A DNA stretch of 32,000 nt from Horticoccus luteus (lineage in GTDB: Bacteria > Verrucomicrobiota > Verrucomicrobiia > Opitutales > Opitutaceae). A program made the position numbers and the translations under genes. The notes under the pieces are model-generated. The model saw nothing but the letters and a program-made list of their open reading frames with translations, did not search any database and was not told the origin of the DNA. Location of the stretch: NCBI RefSeq assembly GCF_019464535.1, contig NZ_CP080507.1, positions 2,640,001 through 2,672,000 on the forward strand, in the 5' to 3' direction. This document shows, piece after piece, positions 23,902-32,000 of this stretch (within the stretch, counting starts at the first letter, position 1; each line of letters starts with the position of its first letter).

Positions 23902-23927
23902 AAGGCGCGCTCCGGAGAGCGCGCCTT
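23902..23927 (-). terminator. Intrinsic terminator downstream of groEL
   Basis: Perfect 11-bp stem AAGGCGCGCTC / GAGCGCGCCTT with a 4-nt loop. On the minus strand it is followed by TTTTT (23901-23897). A second 9-bp hairpin (CTTCGCTCC/GGAGCGAAG) lies at 23963-23984, immediately after the groEL stop. Confidence 0.6.
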
Positions 23928-23988
23928 GAAATGTAACCTTGGTTCGGGACGAACGCTTCTTCCTTCGCTCCTCGCGGAGCGAAGAACC

Positions 23989-25623
23989 TTAGTAGTCCAT
24001 TCCGCCCATGCCGCCGCCGCCCGGGGGCATCGCCGGAGCCTTTTCCTTCTCAGGAAGCTCCGTGATCATGCACTCGGTGGTGAGCAACAGGCCGGCGATC
24101 GACGCCGAATTCTGCAGCGCGGTGCGGGTGACCTTCGTCGGATCAACCACGCCGGCTTTCACGAGATCCTCATACTTGTCGGTCGCGACGTTGTAACCGA
24201 AGTTGCCCTTGCCCGCGAGAACCTCGCCGACGACAACCGCGCCTTCAATGCCCGCGTTCTGACAGAGCATGCGAATCGGGTGCTCGATCGCGCGACGCAC
24301 GATCTGCGAACCGATCTTCTCGTCGCCCTCGAGTTGGAGAGCATCGATGGCCTTCGCGGTGCGGAGGAGCGCGACGCCGCCGCCGGCGACGATGCCTTCC
24401 TCGACGGCCGCACGCGTGGCGTGCAACGCATCTTCCACGCGGGCCTTCTTCTCCTTCATTTCAACCTCGGTGGTCGCACCGACGTTGATGACGGCGACGC
24501 CGCCCGCCAGCTTCGCGAGGCGCTCTTGCAGCTTCTCGCGATCGTAGTCGGAGGTGGTCTCGTCGATCTGGCGACGGATTTGCTTCACGCGGCCTTGGAT
24601 GTCGGACGACTTGCCCGAACCTTCGACGATCGTGGTGTTCTCCTTGTCGACCACGATCCGCTTGGCGCGGCCGAGGTCGGAGATGGTGAGATTCTCGAGC
24701 TTGAGGCCGAGATCTTCCGTGATGCACTTGCCGCCCGTGAGGACCGCGATGTCTTCCAACATCGCTTTGCGGCGATCGCCAAAGCCCGGAGCCTTCACCG
24801 CGCACACGTTGAGCGTGCCGCGAATCTTGTTCACCACGAGGGCCGCCAGCGCTTCGCCTTCGACTTCTTCAGCGATGACGAGGAGCGGCTTGCCGCTCTT
24901 GGCGACAGTCTGGAGCAACGGCAGGAATTCCTGCAGGTTCGAGATCTTCTTCTCGTGGATCAGCACGTAGGCATCCTCGAGCACGGCTTCCTGCGCTTCC
25001 GCGTTGGTCGTGAAGTAGGGCGAGAGATAACCCTTGTCGAACTGCATGCCTTCGACGACGTCGAGGGAGGTCTCGATGGACTTCGCCTCTTCGACGGTGA
25101 TCGTGCCATCCTTGCCGACCTTGTCCATCGCCTCGGCAATGATGTTGCCGATGGTGTCATCCCAGTTGGCGGAGACGGTCGCCACCTGGCGGATTTCCTC
25201 GCGGTCATTGACCTTCTTGGAAACACGCGCGAGCTCGGCGACGGCGGCCGCGACGGCCTTGTCGATACCGCGTTTGAGATAAACCGGATTCGAGCCGGCG
25301 GTGACGTTCTTGAGACCTTCGCGGTAAATGCCCTCGGCGAGGACCGTCGCGGTCGTGGTGCCGTCGCCCGCCGCGTCGGAGGTCTTCGAAGCGACTTCCT
25401 TCACCATCTGCGCGCCCATGTTTTCGTAGGGATCCGGAAGTTCGACTTCCTTCGCCACGGTGACGCCGTCCTTCGTGACGGTGGGAGAGCCGAATTTCTT
25501 GTCGATGACGACGTTGCGGCCCTTGGGCCCGAGGGTGACTTTCACCGCGCGCGAAAGCACTTCGACGCCCCGGAGAATTTTCTGACGAGCGGCCTCGTCG
25601 AACAGGAGTTGTTTAGCAGCCAT
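23989..25623 (-). CDS. groL: Chaperonin GroEL (60 kDa)
   Basis: [42 protein letters not shown]..., [12 protein letters not shown], and a C-terminal GGM-type tail ([11 protein letters not shown]). Confidence 0.97.
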   Translation of the reverse strand: MAAKQLLFDEAARQKILRGVEVLSRAVKVTLGPKGRNVVIDKKFGSPTVTKDGVTVAKEVELPDPYENMGAQMVKEVASKTSDAAGDGTTTATVLAEGIYREGLKNVTAGSNPVYLKRGIDKAVAAAVAELARVSKKVNDREEIRQVATVSANWDDTIGNIIAEAMDKVGKDGTITVEEAKSIETSLDVVEGMQFDKGYLSPYFTTNAEAQEAVLEDAYVLIHEKKISNLQEFLPLLQTVAKSGKPLLVIAEEVEGEALAALVVNKIRGTLNVCAVKAPGFGDRRKAMLEDIAVLTGGKCITEDLGLKLENLTISDLGRAKRIVVDKENTTIVEGSGKSSDIQGRVKQIRRQIDETTSDYDREKLQERLAKLAGGVAVINVGATTEVEMKEKKARVEDALHATRAAVEEGIVAGGGVALLRTAKAIDALQLEGDEKIGSQIVRRAIEHPIRMLCQNAGIEGAVVVGEVLAGKGNFGYNVATDKYEDLVKAGVVDPTKVTRTALQNSASIAGLLLTTECMITELPEKEKAPAMPPGGGGMGGMDY

Positions 25624-25666
25624 GTGAATTACTGTTGGTTAAAATTTAGAGTTGGAAAATGAAGTC

Positions 25667-25963
25667 TTAGGCGATGACGCCCAGGATGTCGTCCTCGCGG
25701 ACGAGCGTATACTTCTTGTCTTCGAGCTTCACCTCGGTGCCGCCGTATTTGCTGATCAGCACGCGATCGCCGACTTTGACTTCAAACGGCGTCACTTTGC
25801 CGTCTTCGCCTTTTTTGCCGGTGCCGAGCGCGATGACTTTGGCCTCCTGCGGTTTTTCTTTGGCGCTGTCCGGAATGATGATTCCTCCGCGGACTTGCTC
25901 TTTTTCTTCGATGTGTTCGACGAGAACACGATCACCGATGGGCTTGATTTTGACGTTAGCCAT
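25667..25963 (-). CDS. groS: Co-chaperonin GroES (10 kDa)
   Basis: [47 protein letters not shown]...[33 protein letters not shown]. The start was trimmed from the track ORF (25-codon spurious extension). Confidence 0.95.
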   Translation of the reverse strand: MANVKIKPIGDRVLVEHIEEKEQVRGGIIIPDSAKEKPQEAKVIALGTGKKGEDGKVTPFEVKVGDRVLISKYGGTEVKLEDKKYTLVREDDILGVIA

Positions 25964-26014
25964 ATAGATGTGGTTGGGTTGGAAGTTGGACTTTACTGTG
26001 GGTTGTTCAATCAA

Positions 26015-26049
26015 GCGCGCCGGCCGCGGTCGAACCACGGCTGGCGCGC
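26015..26049 (-). terminator. GC-rich hairpin between dnaK and groES (possible terminator or attenuator)
   Basis: 15-bp stem (GCGCGCCAGCCGTGG / CCGCGGCCGGCGCGC on the minus strand; 1 A-C mismatch, 1 G-U) with loop TTCGA. It is followed by a weak T-rich tract (CTTGATTG). It sits 14 nt after the dnaK stop. Confidence 0.45.
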
Positions 26050-26062
26050 AAAAGGTTAGCGT

Positions 26063-28015
26063 TTATTTTTTCTCGTTCTTGTCGTCATCAACGACTTCGA
26101 AGTCTGCGTCGACGACGTCGGCTTTCTTTTCGGTCTTCTTCGGCTGAGCTTGCTCGCCCGCCTCAGGAGTGCCTGCCGCCGGGCCCGCTTCCGCGCCCGC
26201 CGCCTGTTGAGCCGCTTGGGCCTCGGCATAGAACTCGGCGCCGACCTTCTGCAAGCGCTCCAAAGCCGCCTTCATGCGCTCGCCGTCGTTCGACTCGAGG
26301 TCTTTCTTCGCCGTCGCGATTTCGCCTTCAACCTTCGATTTCTTCTCGGCCGGGAGCTTGTCGCCCGCGTCCTTCAAAGTCTTCTCCAGTTGATAAATCG
26401 TGCTGTCGAGTTGGTTCTTCGATTCGACCGCCTCGCGCCGCTTCTTGTCCTCCTCGGCGTGCAATTCCGCCTCCTTCGTCATCTTCTCAACCTCGTCTTT
26501 CGAGAGGCCGGACGATCCTTGGATGGTGATTTTCTGATCCTTGCCGGTGCCAAGATCCTTCGCGGAGACGTGCAGGATGCCGTTGGCATCGATGTCAAAC
26601 GTCACCTCGATCTGCGGCGTGCCGCGCGGCGCCGGCGGGATGCCGTCGAGTCGAAACGTGCCGAGCGTCTTGTTATCGCGCGCCATCGGGCGTTCGCCTT
26701 GGAGCACGACGATTTCCACCGAGGGTTGGCTATCGCTGTAGGTCGAAAACGTCTGCGTCTTCTTCGACGGAATCGTGGTGTTGCGCGGAATCATCGGCGT
26801 CGACACATCGCCCGCCGTCATGATGCCCAGCGTGAGCGGGGTCACATCGAGGAGCAGCACATCGCGCACGTCGCCCTTCAGGACACCGCCTTGGATCGCG
26901 GCGCCGACAGCGACGACTTCATCGGGATTCACACCTTGATGCGGCGGCTTGCCCCCGAGGTCCTTCGCGAGTTCCACCACTTTCGGCATGCGCGTCATGC
27001 CGCCCACGAGCACGAGTTCGTCGATCTGCGACGAATTCAGCCCCGCGTCCTTGAGACAGTTTTTGAAGGGCGGGATGCACCGTTCGAACAACGGTTCGCA
27101 AATCTGCTCCATCTTCGCCCGCGTGAGCTGCACGTTGAGGTGCTTCGGGCCCGACGCGTCCGCCGTGATGAACGGCAGATTCAGGTCCACGGTCTGCGCC
27201 GCCGAGAGCGTGATCTTCGCCTTCTCGGCCTCTTCCTTCAACCGTTGCAACGCCATCGGATCCTTGCGCAGGTCGATGCCGTTTTCCTTTTTGAAATTCT
27301 CCACGAGCCAGGTGATGAGCGCGTCATCCCAGTTGTCGCCGCCCAGGTGGGTATCGCCGTTCGTCGCCTTCACTTCGAAGACGCCGTCGCCAATTTCCAA
27401 CACCGACACGTCGAACGTGCCGCCGCCCAAGTCGAACACGGCGATCTTCTCGTCCTTCTTCTTGTCGAGACCGTAAGCGAGCGATGCCGCCGTCGGTTCG
27501 TTGATGATGCGCAACACTTCCAGACCCGCGATCTTGCCGGCATCCTTGGTCGCCTGCCGCTGCGCGTCGTTAAAGTAAGCGGGCACGGTGATCACCGCTT
27601 GGTTGATCTTCTCGCCGAGATACGCCTCGGCGTCCGCTTTCAGCTTCGCGAGGACAAAAGAGGCGATCTGCTGGGGCGCGAACTGCTCGGTCTTGTCGCC
27701 CACTTGCACTTCAATGTAAGCGTCGCCGTTTTTACCTTCCACCGTCTTGAAGGGCATGCTCTTCGCCTCTTCGCGAATTTCCGTGAATTTCCGCCCGATG
27801 AGGCGCTTCGCGGAGAAAATGGTGTTGCGCGGATTTGTGACCGCTTGGCGCTTCGCCGCCTGACCAACGAGGCGTTCGCCGTTCTTGGCGAAAGCCACGA
27901 CGGACGGGGTTGTGCGGGCTCCCTCCGCATTCGGGATCACCACGGGCTCGCCGCCTTCCATCACCGCCATGCAGGAGTTCGTGGTGCCTAGATCGATACC
28001 TAAAATTCGGCTCAT
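26063..28015 (-). CDS. dnaK: Molecular chaperone DnaK (Hsp70)
   Basis: [22 protein letters not shown]..., [24 protein letters not shown], and an acidic C-terminal tail. Confidence 0.97.
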   Translation of the reverse strand: MSRILGIDLGTTNSCMAVMEGGEPVVIPNAEGARTTPSVVAFAKNGERLVGQAAKRQAVTNPRNTIFSAKRLIGRKFTEIREEAKSMPFKTVEGKNGDAYIEVQVGDKTEQFAPQQIASFVLAKLKADAEAYLGEKINQAVITVPAYFNDAQRQATKDAGKIAGLEVLRIINEPTAASLAYGLDKKKDEKIAVFDLGGGTFDVSVLEIGDGVFEVKATNGDTHLGGDNWDDALITWLVENFKKENGIDLRKDPMALQRLKEEAEKAKITLSAAQTVDLNLPFITADASGPKHLNVQLTRAKMEQICEPLFERCIPPFKNCLKDAGLNSSQIDELVLVGGMTRMPKVVELAKDLGGKPPHQGVNPDEVVAVGAAIQGGVLKGDVRDVLLLDVTPLTLGIMTAGDVSTPMIPRNTTIPSKKTQTFSTYSDSQPSVEIVVLQGERPMARDNKTLGTFRLDGIPPAPRGTPQIEVTFDIDANGILHVSAKDLGTGKDQKITIQGSSGLSKDEVEKMTKEAELHAEEDKKRREAVESKNQLDSTIYQLEKTLKDAGDKLPAEKKSKVEGEIATAKKDLESNDGERMKAALERLQKVGAEFYAEAQAAQQAAGAEAGPAAGTPEAGEQAQPKKTEKKADVVDADFEVVDDDKNEKK

Positions 28016-28138
28016 GCCGCTTGTTTAGCAACGTGCATGCCTTCCCGCGCCATAATCCTTCATCTCGCTTTCAATAAACGTCTTGAAATTGCGCTGTCAC
28101 CTCCGACTGCCTTCCGAGATCCGAAAAGATGCGTCGCG

Positions 28139-28157
28139 TTGTCTCACCTTGTCTCAC
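28139..28157. promoter_or_regulatory. Direct repeat TTGTCTCAC-C-TTGTCTCAC (10-nt period) in the dnaK / lon-N divergent control region
   Basis: An exact 9-mer is repeated one helical turn apart. It lies about 125-140 nt upstream of the dnaK start and about 80-95 nt upstream of the + strand Lon-N gene. A 10-bp perfect palindrome GTTGCGCAAC follows at 28174-28183. No cognate regulator is known to me. Confidence 0.25.
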
Positions 28158-28235
28158 TTTGGGACGAGCGGCGGTTGCGCAACTGTCGCACTTAGCGCCG
28201 TTTGATTTCTCCACCTTCCAGCCTAGCGTCGCTTC

Positions 28236-28913
28236 ATGGAAATGGAGATCACGGTGCCCGACGAAGTCCCGGTCATGACCCTGCCGCAGGTCGTGTTTTT
28301 CCCGCAAGCCCTGCTTCCATTGCACATCTTTGAGCCGCGCTATCGCCAGATGCTCAAAGACGTTTTGGGCGCTGACCGCTTGTTTGCCGTCGCGCAACGT
28401 GATGATCGGCCGGCGTTGGACGACGCCTTTGAGCCTCCGCATCGCGTCGCCAGCGTCGGAATCGTGCGCGCCTGCCAGGAAAATGCCGATGGCACGTCCA
28501 ACCTTTTGCTTCAGGGCCTATGCCGCGTCGAAGTTCGCGGCATCATCGAAGAAGCACCCTATCGCCGCATCCACGTGCGCCCTCTGCCCAGCACAGTCGC
28601 CGAAGACGAAATCGCCAACGTCCGTCGGCGCGATGCCCTTCTCGACTTGATCGCACGCAAGCAAAAGCTCGGCGGCATTCCCGAGGAAATGATCGATTTC
28701 CTGCGCAACGTGCACGACCCCGACACGTTTGTGGATCTCGCCGCCGCCACTCTCTGCGAAAACGCCGCCCTGAAGCAGCAGCTTTTGGAAACGCTCGATG
28801 TCGGCGCCCGCTTCGACCTCTTCCATCGCCGCCTCCGCCGCGATTTCGAGCAGCTTCGTTTGCAACGCCTTCTACAAGGCCCGCTCGGCGACGACGACAT
28901 CGCGGCCAACTAG
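28236..28913 (+). CDS. LON N-terminal (substrate-binding, PUA-like) domain protein, stand-alone
   Basis: VMTLPQVVFFPQALLPLHIFEPRYRQMLKDVL...LFAV is the hallmark Lon-N start (LPLFPL..LHIFEPRY). About 225 aa, with no AAA+ or protease domains. Confidence 0.8.
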   Translation: MEMEITVPDEVPVMTLPQVVFFPQALLPLHIFEPRYRQMLKDVLGADRLFAVAQRDDRPALDDAFEPPHRVASVGIVRACQENADGTSNLLLQGLCRVEVRGIIEEAPYRRIHVRPLPSTVAEDEIANVRRRDALLDLIARKQKLGGIPEEMIDFLRNVHDPDTFVDLAAATLCENAALKQQLLETLDVGARFDLFHRRLRRDFEQLRLQRLLQGPLGDDDIAAN

Positions 28914-29003
28914 GTCAAAATTTCCGGCTTTTCGCCCTCGGCATGCCTCGCGCTCGCGCTCTCCGCGCCACGAAAGCGCGCCGTGTTTCACCGATCTTCG
29001 CGC

Positions 29004-29079
29004 TGGAGCCAACAGTCGGATTTGAACCGACGACCCACGCTTTACGAAAGCGTTGCTCTACCAACTGAGCTATGTTGGC
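29004..29079 (-). tRNA. tRNA-Thr (anticodon CGU), CCA encoded
   Basis: The minus strand reads GCCAACA-TA-GCTC-AGTTGGTA-GAGC-A-ACGCT-TTCGTAA-AGCGT-GGGTC-GTCGG-TTCAAAT-CCGAC-TGTTGGC-T-CCA. This is a perfect 76-nt cloverleaf. Confidence 0.92.
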
Positions 29080-29306
29080 GCGAAGCGAACTGCCGAAGAA
29101 ACTCCGTGCGCCTCGCAGCGCAAGCCTTCATTTTTCCCGCGCGCCGGCGACCCGCGCAAGCGCCTTAACGCGTCGGCTTGCGTGAAGATTATCTCCGCAC
29201 CGAAGCTCATCCGCGCCCGCGCGTTCCGCGGCGTTTGCCCTGCGCACGATCGCGCGAATTTTGAAACAGGCTCGCCCAACCTCCGCGCCGCACCTTCATT
29301 TCCACC

Positions 29307-30404
29307 GTGCCGTCGCTCTCTACCGACTTCTTCGATTACGCGCTGCCTGAACACCTCGTCGCGCAAACGCCCGCCGCCCGGCGCGATGCCTCGCGGCTGC
29401 TCGTCGTCGATCGCGCCGCGCACCGTCTCAGCCATCATACCTTCGCCGATCTCCCCGACTTCTTGCGGCCGGGCGACACTCTGATTCGCAACAACGCCGC
29501 TGTCCTGCCCGCGCGGCTGCACGCCGTTCGCCGCACCGGCGGCCAGGTCGAATGTCTTCTCCTTCGACCCCATGACGGCGAATCCGTCTGGCGCTGCCTG
29601 CTCCGCCCCGGGAAAAAGCTTCCGCCCGGCACGGTCTTCGCTTCTCCCGACGCCGAATTTACCGGCGAGGTGATCGAAAAATCCCCCGACGGTTCCGCGC
29701 TTGTCCGCTTCACCACCCGCACCGGCGAACCGCTCACCACCGTCGCCCGGCGCCTCGGCGACGTGCCGCTGCCGCCTTATATCCACCGCGCCGGCACCGC
29801 CGCCGAACGCGCCGACGATCTCGTCCGTTACCAAACCGTCTACGCCGATCCCGCCCGCTCCGTCGCCGCCGCCGCGCCCACCGCTGGCTTGCATTTCACG
29901 CCGGAACTTTTCGCGCGCCTCGCCGCCGCTGGCGTCGGCACCGCCGATGTCACCCTTCACGTCGGCCTCGGCACCTTCAAACCGATCACCACGCCCACCG
30001 TCGAAGCGCACGAAATTCACCGCGAAATCTACGAACTGCCCGCAGCCACCCAACGCATCCTCTTCGGCGCGCACCAAGAGGCCTCCGCGCCGGGCCGCCG
30101 CATCGCTGTCGGCACGACATCCGTTCGCACGATTGAAGACTTCCTCGCGACCCACGACGCTGCGTTGACCACCGACTTTTTCGGCGAGGCCAGTCTCTTC
30201 ATTTATCCGCCCCGGCCCTTCCGGGGAGTGGATGCCCTCATCACCAACTTCCACCAACCCCGCTCCACCCTGCTGTGTCTCGTCGCCGCTTTTCTCGCGC
30301 CCGATTCCACGGATGGCATTGGCTGGCTGCGCGAGATCTACGCCGAAGCCATCGCACGCGAATATCGTTTCTTCAGTTATGGCGATGCCATGCTGATCCT
30401 CTAA
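29307..30404 (+). CDS. queA: S-adenosylmethionine:tRNA ribosyltransferase-isomerase QueA
   Basis: STDFFDYALPEHLVAQTPAARRDASRLLVVDR, LPPYI, YQTVYA, AAPTAGLHFT, VGTTSVRTIE, LITNFHQPRSTLL and YRFFSYGDAMLI are QueA family blocks. GTG start. Confidence 0.9.
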   Translation: MPSLSTDFFDYALPEHLVAQTPAARRDASRLLVVDRAAHRLSHHTFADLPDFLRPGDTLIRNNAAVLPARLHAVRRTGGQVECLLLRPHDGESVWRCLLRPGKKLPPGTVFASPDAEFTGEVIEKSPDGSALVRFTTRTGEPLTTVARRLGDVPLPPYIHRAGTAAERADDLVRYQTVYADPARSVAAAAPTAGLHFTPELFARLAAAGVGTADVTLHVGLGTFKPITTPTVEAHEIHREIYELPAATQRILFGAHQEASAPGRRIAVGTTSVRTIEDFLATHDAALTTDFFGEASLFIYPPRPFRGVDALITNFHQPRSTLLCLVAAFLAPDSTDGIGWLREIYAEAIAREYRFFSYGDAMLIL

Positions 30405-30485
30405 TTCCCGCTGCCGCGAAGCACGCCCGAGCCCGAAACCTGCAACCATCCTTCCTTTTTCGTTTCGTTCGCCCACAGTGGCCGC

Positions 30486-30854
30486 ATGACCGCCGATGAA
30501 TTGCAGACGCTGATCGACGATGCCGCGTTCGACTACTCGATGGGCGAGACCGCCACCGCCATCGACAAGCTCACCCGCGCCACCGCGGGCGCTCCCGATT
30601 CCTTCGAGGCCTGGCATGCACTCGCCGAGATCCATTTCAGCCAGCGCCAGCTCGACGCCGCCCTCGCCGCCGCCGAGCGCGGCCATGCGTTGCGGCCCAA
30701 CGATCTATTTATCAATACTACCCTCTCGCGCATCTGGATGGAGCGCGGCGACAAACCCACCGCCGAACGCTACGGCGCCCAGGCCCGCATGCTGAGCTGG
30801 CACGAGGAACTGAAAACTCCGCCGTCCCCGCCCGCCCCGCCGAGCGCCTCCTGA
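30486..30854 (+). CDS. Small TPR-repeat protein (122 aa)
   Basis: TPR-like helix pairs (GETATAIDKLTRATAGAPDSFEAWHALAEIHFSQRQLDAALAAAERGHALRPND...). Host-like codon usage. Pro-rich tail. Confidence 0.65.
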   Translation: MTADELQTLIDDAAFDYSMGETATAIDKLTRATAGAPDSFEAWHALAEIHFSQRQLDAALAAAERGHALRPNDLFINTTLSRIWMERGDKPTAERYGAQARMLSWHEELKTPPSPPAPPSAS

Positions 30855-31022
30855 CCGTATTCTCGCCTGTCGCCCGCCGCCGGCCGGCCGTCGCTTCGCC
30901 CGCTCAGAGCGTCGTTCCGCGCCAAACGTTCACGTTAACGTCACCCCGCCGCCGCGCCGCCGCGCCCGCGCAGTCCCGCGGTCTTGCCTTCATCTTCGGC
31001 TGCTGTCTCCTCTCTCCAACGC

Positions 31023-31943
31023 ATGCTGCGCTTCCTCGTCCGTCGCCTGCTTCAAACGATCCCCGTGCTGTTGATCATCATCGCGGCGACGTTTTTCATG
31101 CTGCGCCTCGTGCCCGGCGGCCCGTTCACCGCCGAGAAAAACATCCCGCCCGAAATCCAGCGCAACCTCGAGCGCCACTACGGCCTCGACCGCCCGCTCC
31201 TCGTGCAATTCGGCGCCTACCTGCGCGACATCGTCCTCCATGGCGACCTCGGCCCGTCGTTCAAGTATCCGAATCGCACCGTCAACGAAATCATTGCCGA
31301 CACGTTTCCCGTTTCCCTCGAACTCGGCGCAGAATCCCTTCTCATCGCCCTCCTCGTAGGGCTGCCCCTCGGCGTGCTCGCCGCCGTGCGCCGCAACTCC
31401 TGGCTCGATCACCTCTGTTCGTCGGTCGCGATGACGGGCATCTGCCTGCCAACCTTCGTCCTCGGTCCCCTGCTCGTTCTCGCCTTCGCCATCCATTTCG
31501 GCTGGGTCAATGCCTCGGGCTGGTCCACGCCCTCTGATCGCATTCTGCCCGCCCTCACGCTCGGCCTCGTTTACGGCGCCTACCTCATGCGGCTCACGCG
31601 CGGCGGCATGCTCGAAATCCTCAACCAGGATTTCATCCGCACCGCGCGCGCCAAGGGCGCCTCGGAAACGCGCATCATCTTCCGCCACGCCCTGCGCGGC
31701 GGTCTTCTCCCGGTCGTTTCCTACCTCGGTCCCGCCATCGCCGGCATCATCACGGGATCCTTTGTCATCGAAACCATCTTCCAAATCCCCGGCCTCGGCC
31801 GGCAGTTCGTGCACAGCGCTTTCAGCCGCGACTACACACTCGTTTGCGGCACCGTCATCCTTTACGCCACGCTCATCGTCGCGTGCAACCTGCTCGTCGA
31901 TCTCGCGCAGGTCTGGCTCAACCCGAAACTCAAATTCGAGTGA
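31023..31943 (+). CDS. ABC transporter permease, oligopeptide/dipeptide OppB/DppB family
   Basis: MLRFLVRRLLQTIPVLLIIIAATFFMLRLVPGGPF (canonical OppB/DppB N-terminus). EAA-loop region FIRTARAKGASETRIIFRHALR. C-terminal LLVDLAQVWLNPKL. Start trimmed to the ATG at 31023. Confidence 0.88.
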   Translation: MLRFLVRRLLQTIPVLLIIIAATFFMLRLVPGGPFTAEKNIPPEIQRNLERHYGLDRPLLVQFGAYLRDIVLHGDLGPSFKYPNRTVNEIIADTFPVSLELGAESLLIALLVGLPLGVLAAVRRNSWLDHLCSSVAMTGICLPTFVLGPLLVLAFAIHFGWVNASGWSTPSDRILPALTLGLVYGAYLMRLTRGGMLEILNQDFIRTARAKGASETRIIFRHALRGGLLPVVSYLGPAIAGIITGSFVIETIFQIPGLGRQFVHSAFSRDYTLVCGTVILYATLIVACNLLVDLAQVWLNPKLKFE

Positions 31944-32000
31944 TGCGCGCTTCGCTTTCGCCTTCCGCCGACCAGCTTCCCGCCGCCCCCGTCTTGCCCG
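31943..32000 (+). CDS. Start of the next ORF (probably the OppC/DppC-type permease), truncated by the window end
   Basis: The ATG overlaps the upstream stop (TGATG, 31941-31945), suggesting translational coupling. Only 19 codons are visible (MRASLSPSADQLPAAPVLP), so the function is inferred from operon context only. Confidence 0.35.
   Translation, partial: MRASLSPSADQLPAAPVLP

Noticed and set aside
22951-27991. Long + strand ORFs (22951..25662, 903 aa; 26150..27991, 613 aa) antisense to deaD/groEL and dnaK
   Set aside because: Antisense shadows of extremely well-conserved genes. The translations are Arg/Leu/Asp-rich with no motifs.
28016-28235. Search for a CIRCE (TTAGCACTC-N9-GAGTGCTAA) or sigma32 promoter upstream of dnaK. 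CTTGAAA occurs at 28082-28088 on the + strand and TTGAAA at about 28069-28074 on the minus strand.
   Set aside because: Only half-site-like fragments are present (TTAGCA at about 28027, CTTAGCG at about 28190). The -10 regions following the TTGAA motifs match CCCCATNT at 4-5 of 8 or fewer positions. This is not convincing without a PWM or TSS data.
29070-30686. 538-aa minus-strand ORF antisense to queA and overlapping tRNA-Thr
   Set aside because: Gly/Ala/Arg-rich shadow ORF. The + strand encodes a canonical QueA, and the 3' portion overlaps a perfect tRNA.
1-32000. CRISPR arrays, IS elements or transposases, rRNA, prophage genes, toxin-antitoxin pairs
   Set aside because: There are no regularly spaced repeats longer than the short motifs listed above. 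No transposase, integrase or RT-like ORFs, terminal inverted repeats or rRNA-like sequence were seen anywhere in the window.

Overview
High-GC (roughly 65-70% by eye) chromosomal segment from a diderm bacterium. The lineage cannot be determined from this window. The SD-poor, CA-rich leaders and the gene content would fit a Verrucomicrobiota/Opitutales-like organism, but that is only a guess. About 27 kb (4.5-32 kb) is ordinary core genome: rsmE; an iron-uptake locus (TonB-dependent receptor, PiuC/YbiX-type hydroxylase, TPR-like unknown, PepSY membrane protein); FMN reductase; valS; glnD; a soluble GAF-GAF histidine kinase; a GcvR-like ACT protein; an HNH endonuclease; a TlpA-like thioredoxin; a DEAD-box helicase; groES-groEL; dnaK; a Lon-N-domain protein; tRNA-Thr; queA; a small TPR protein; and the start of an Opp/Dpp-type ABC permease operon. 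The first about 4.4 kb is different. It abuts the 3' end of tRNA-Leu(CAA), has visibly lower GC and different codon choice, and carries a tightly coupled two-gene operon. The first gene encodes a stand-alone SIR2-like (SIR2_2/ThsA/DSR-type) protein that retains the Gly-loop, Asn and His blocks. The second encodes a 979-aa helical-looking protein with no nucleotide-binding or nuclease motif that I can see. I consider this the best candidate for an undescribed, split-DSR-like NAD+-depleting defence system. The many very long ORFs in the six-frame track that run antisense to real genes are GC-driven shadow ORFs and were rejected.
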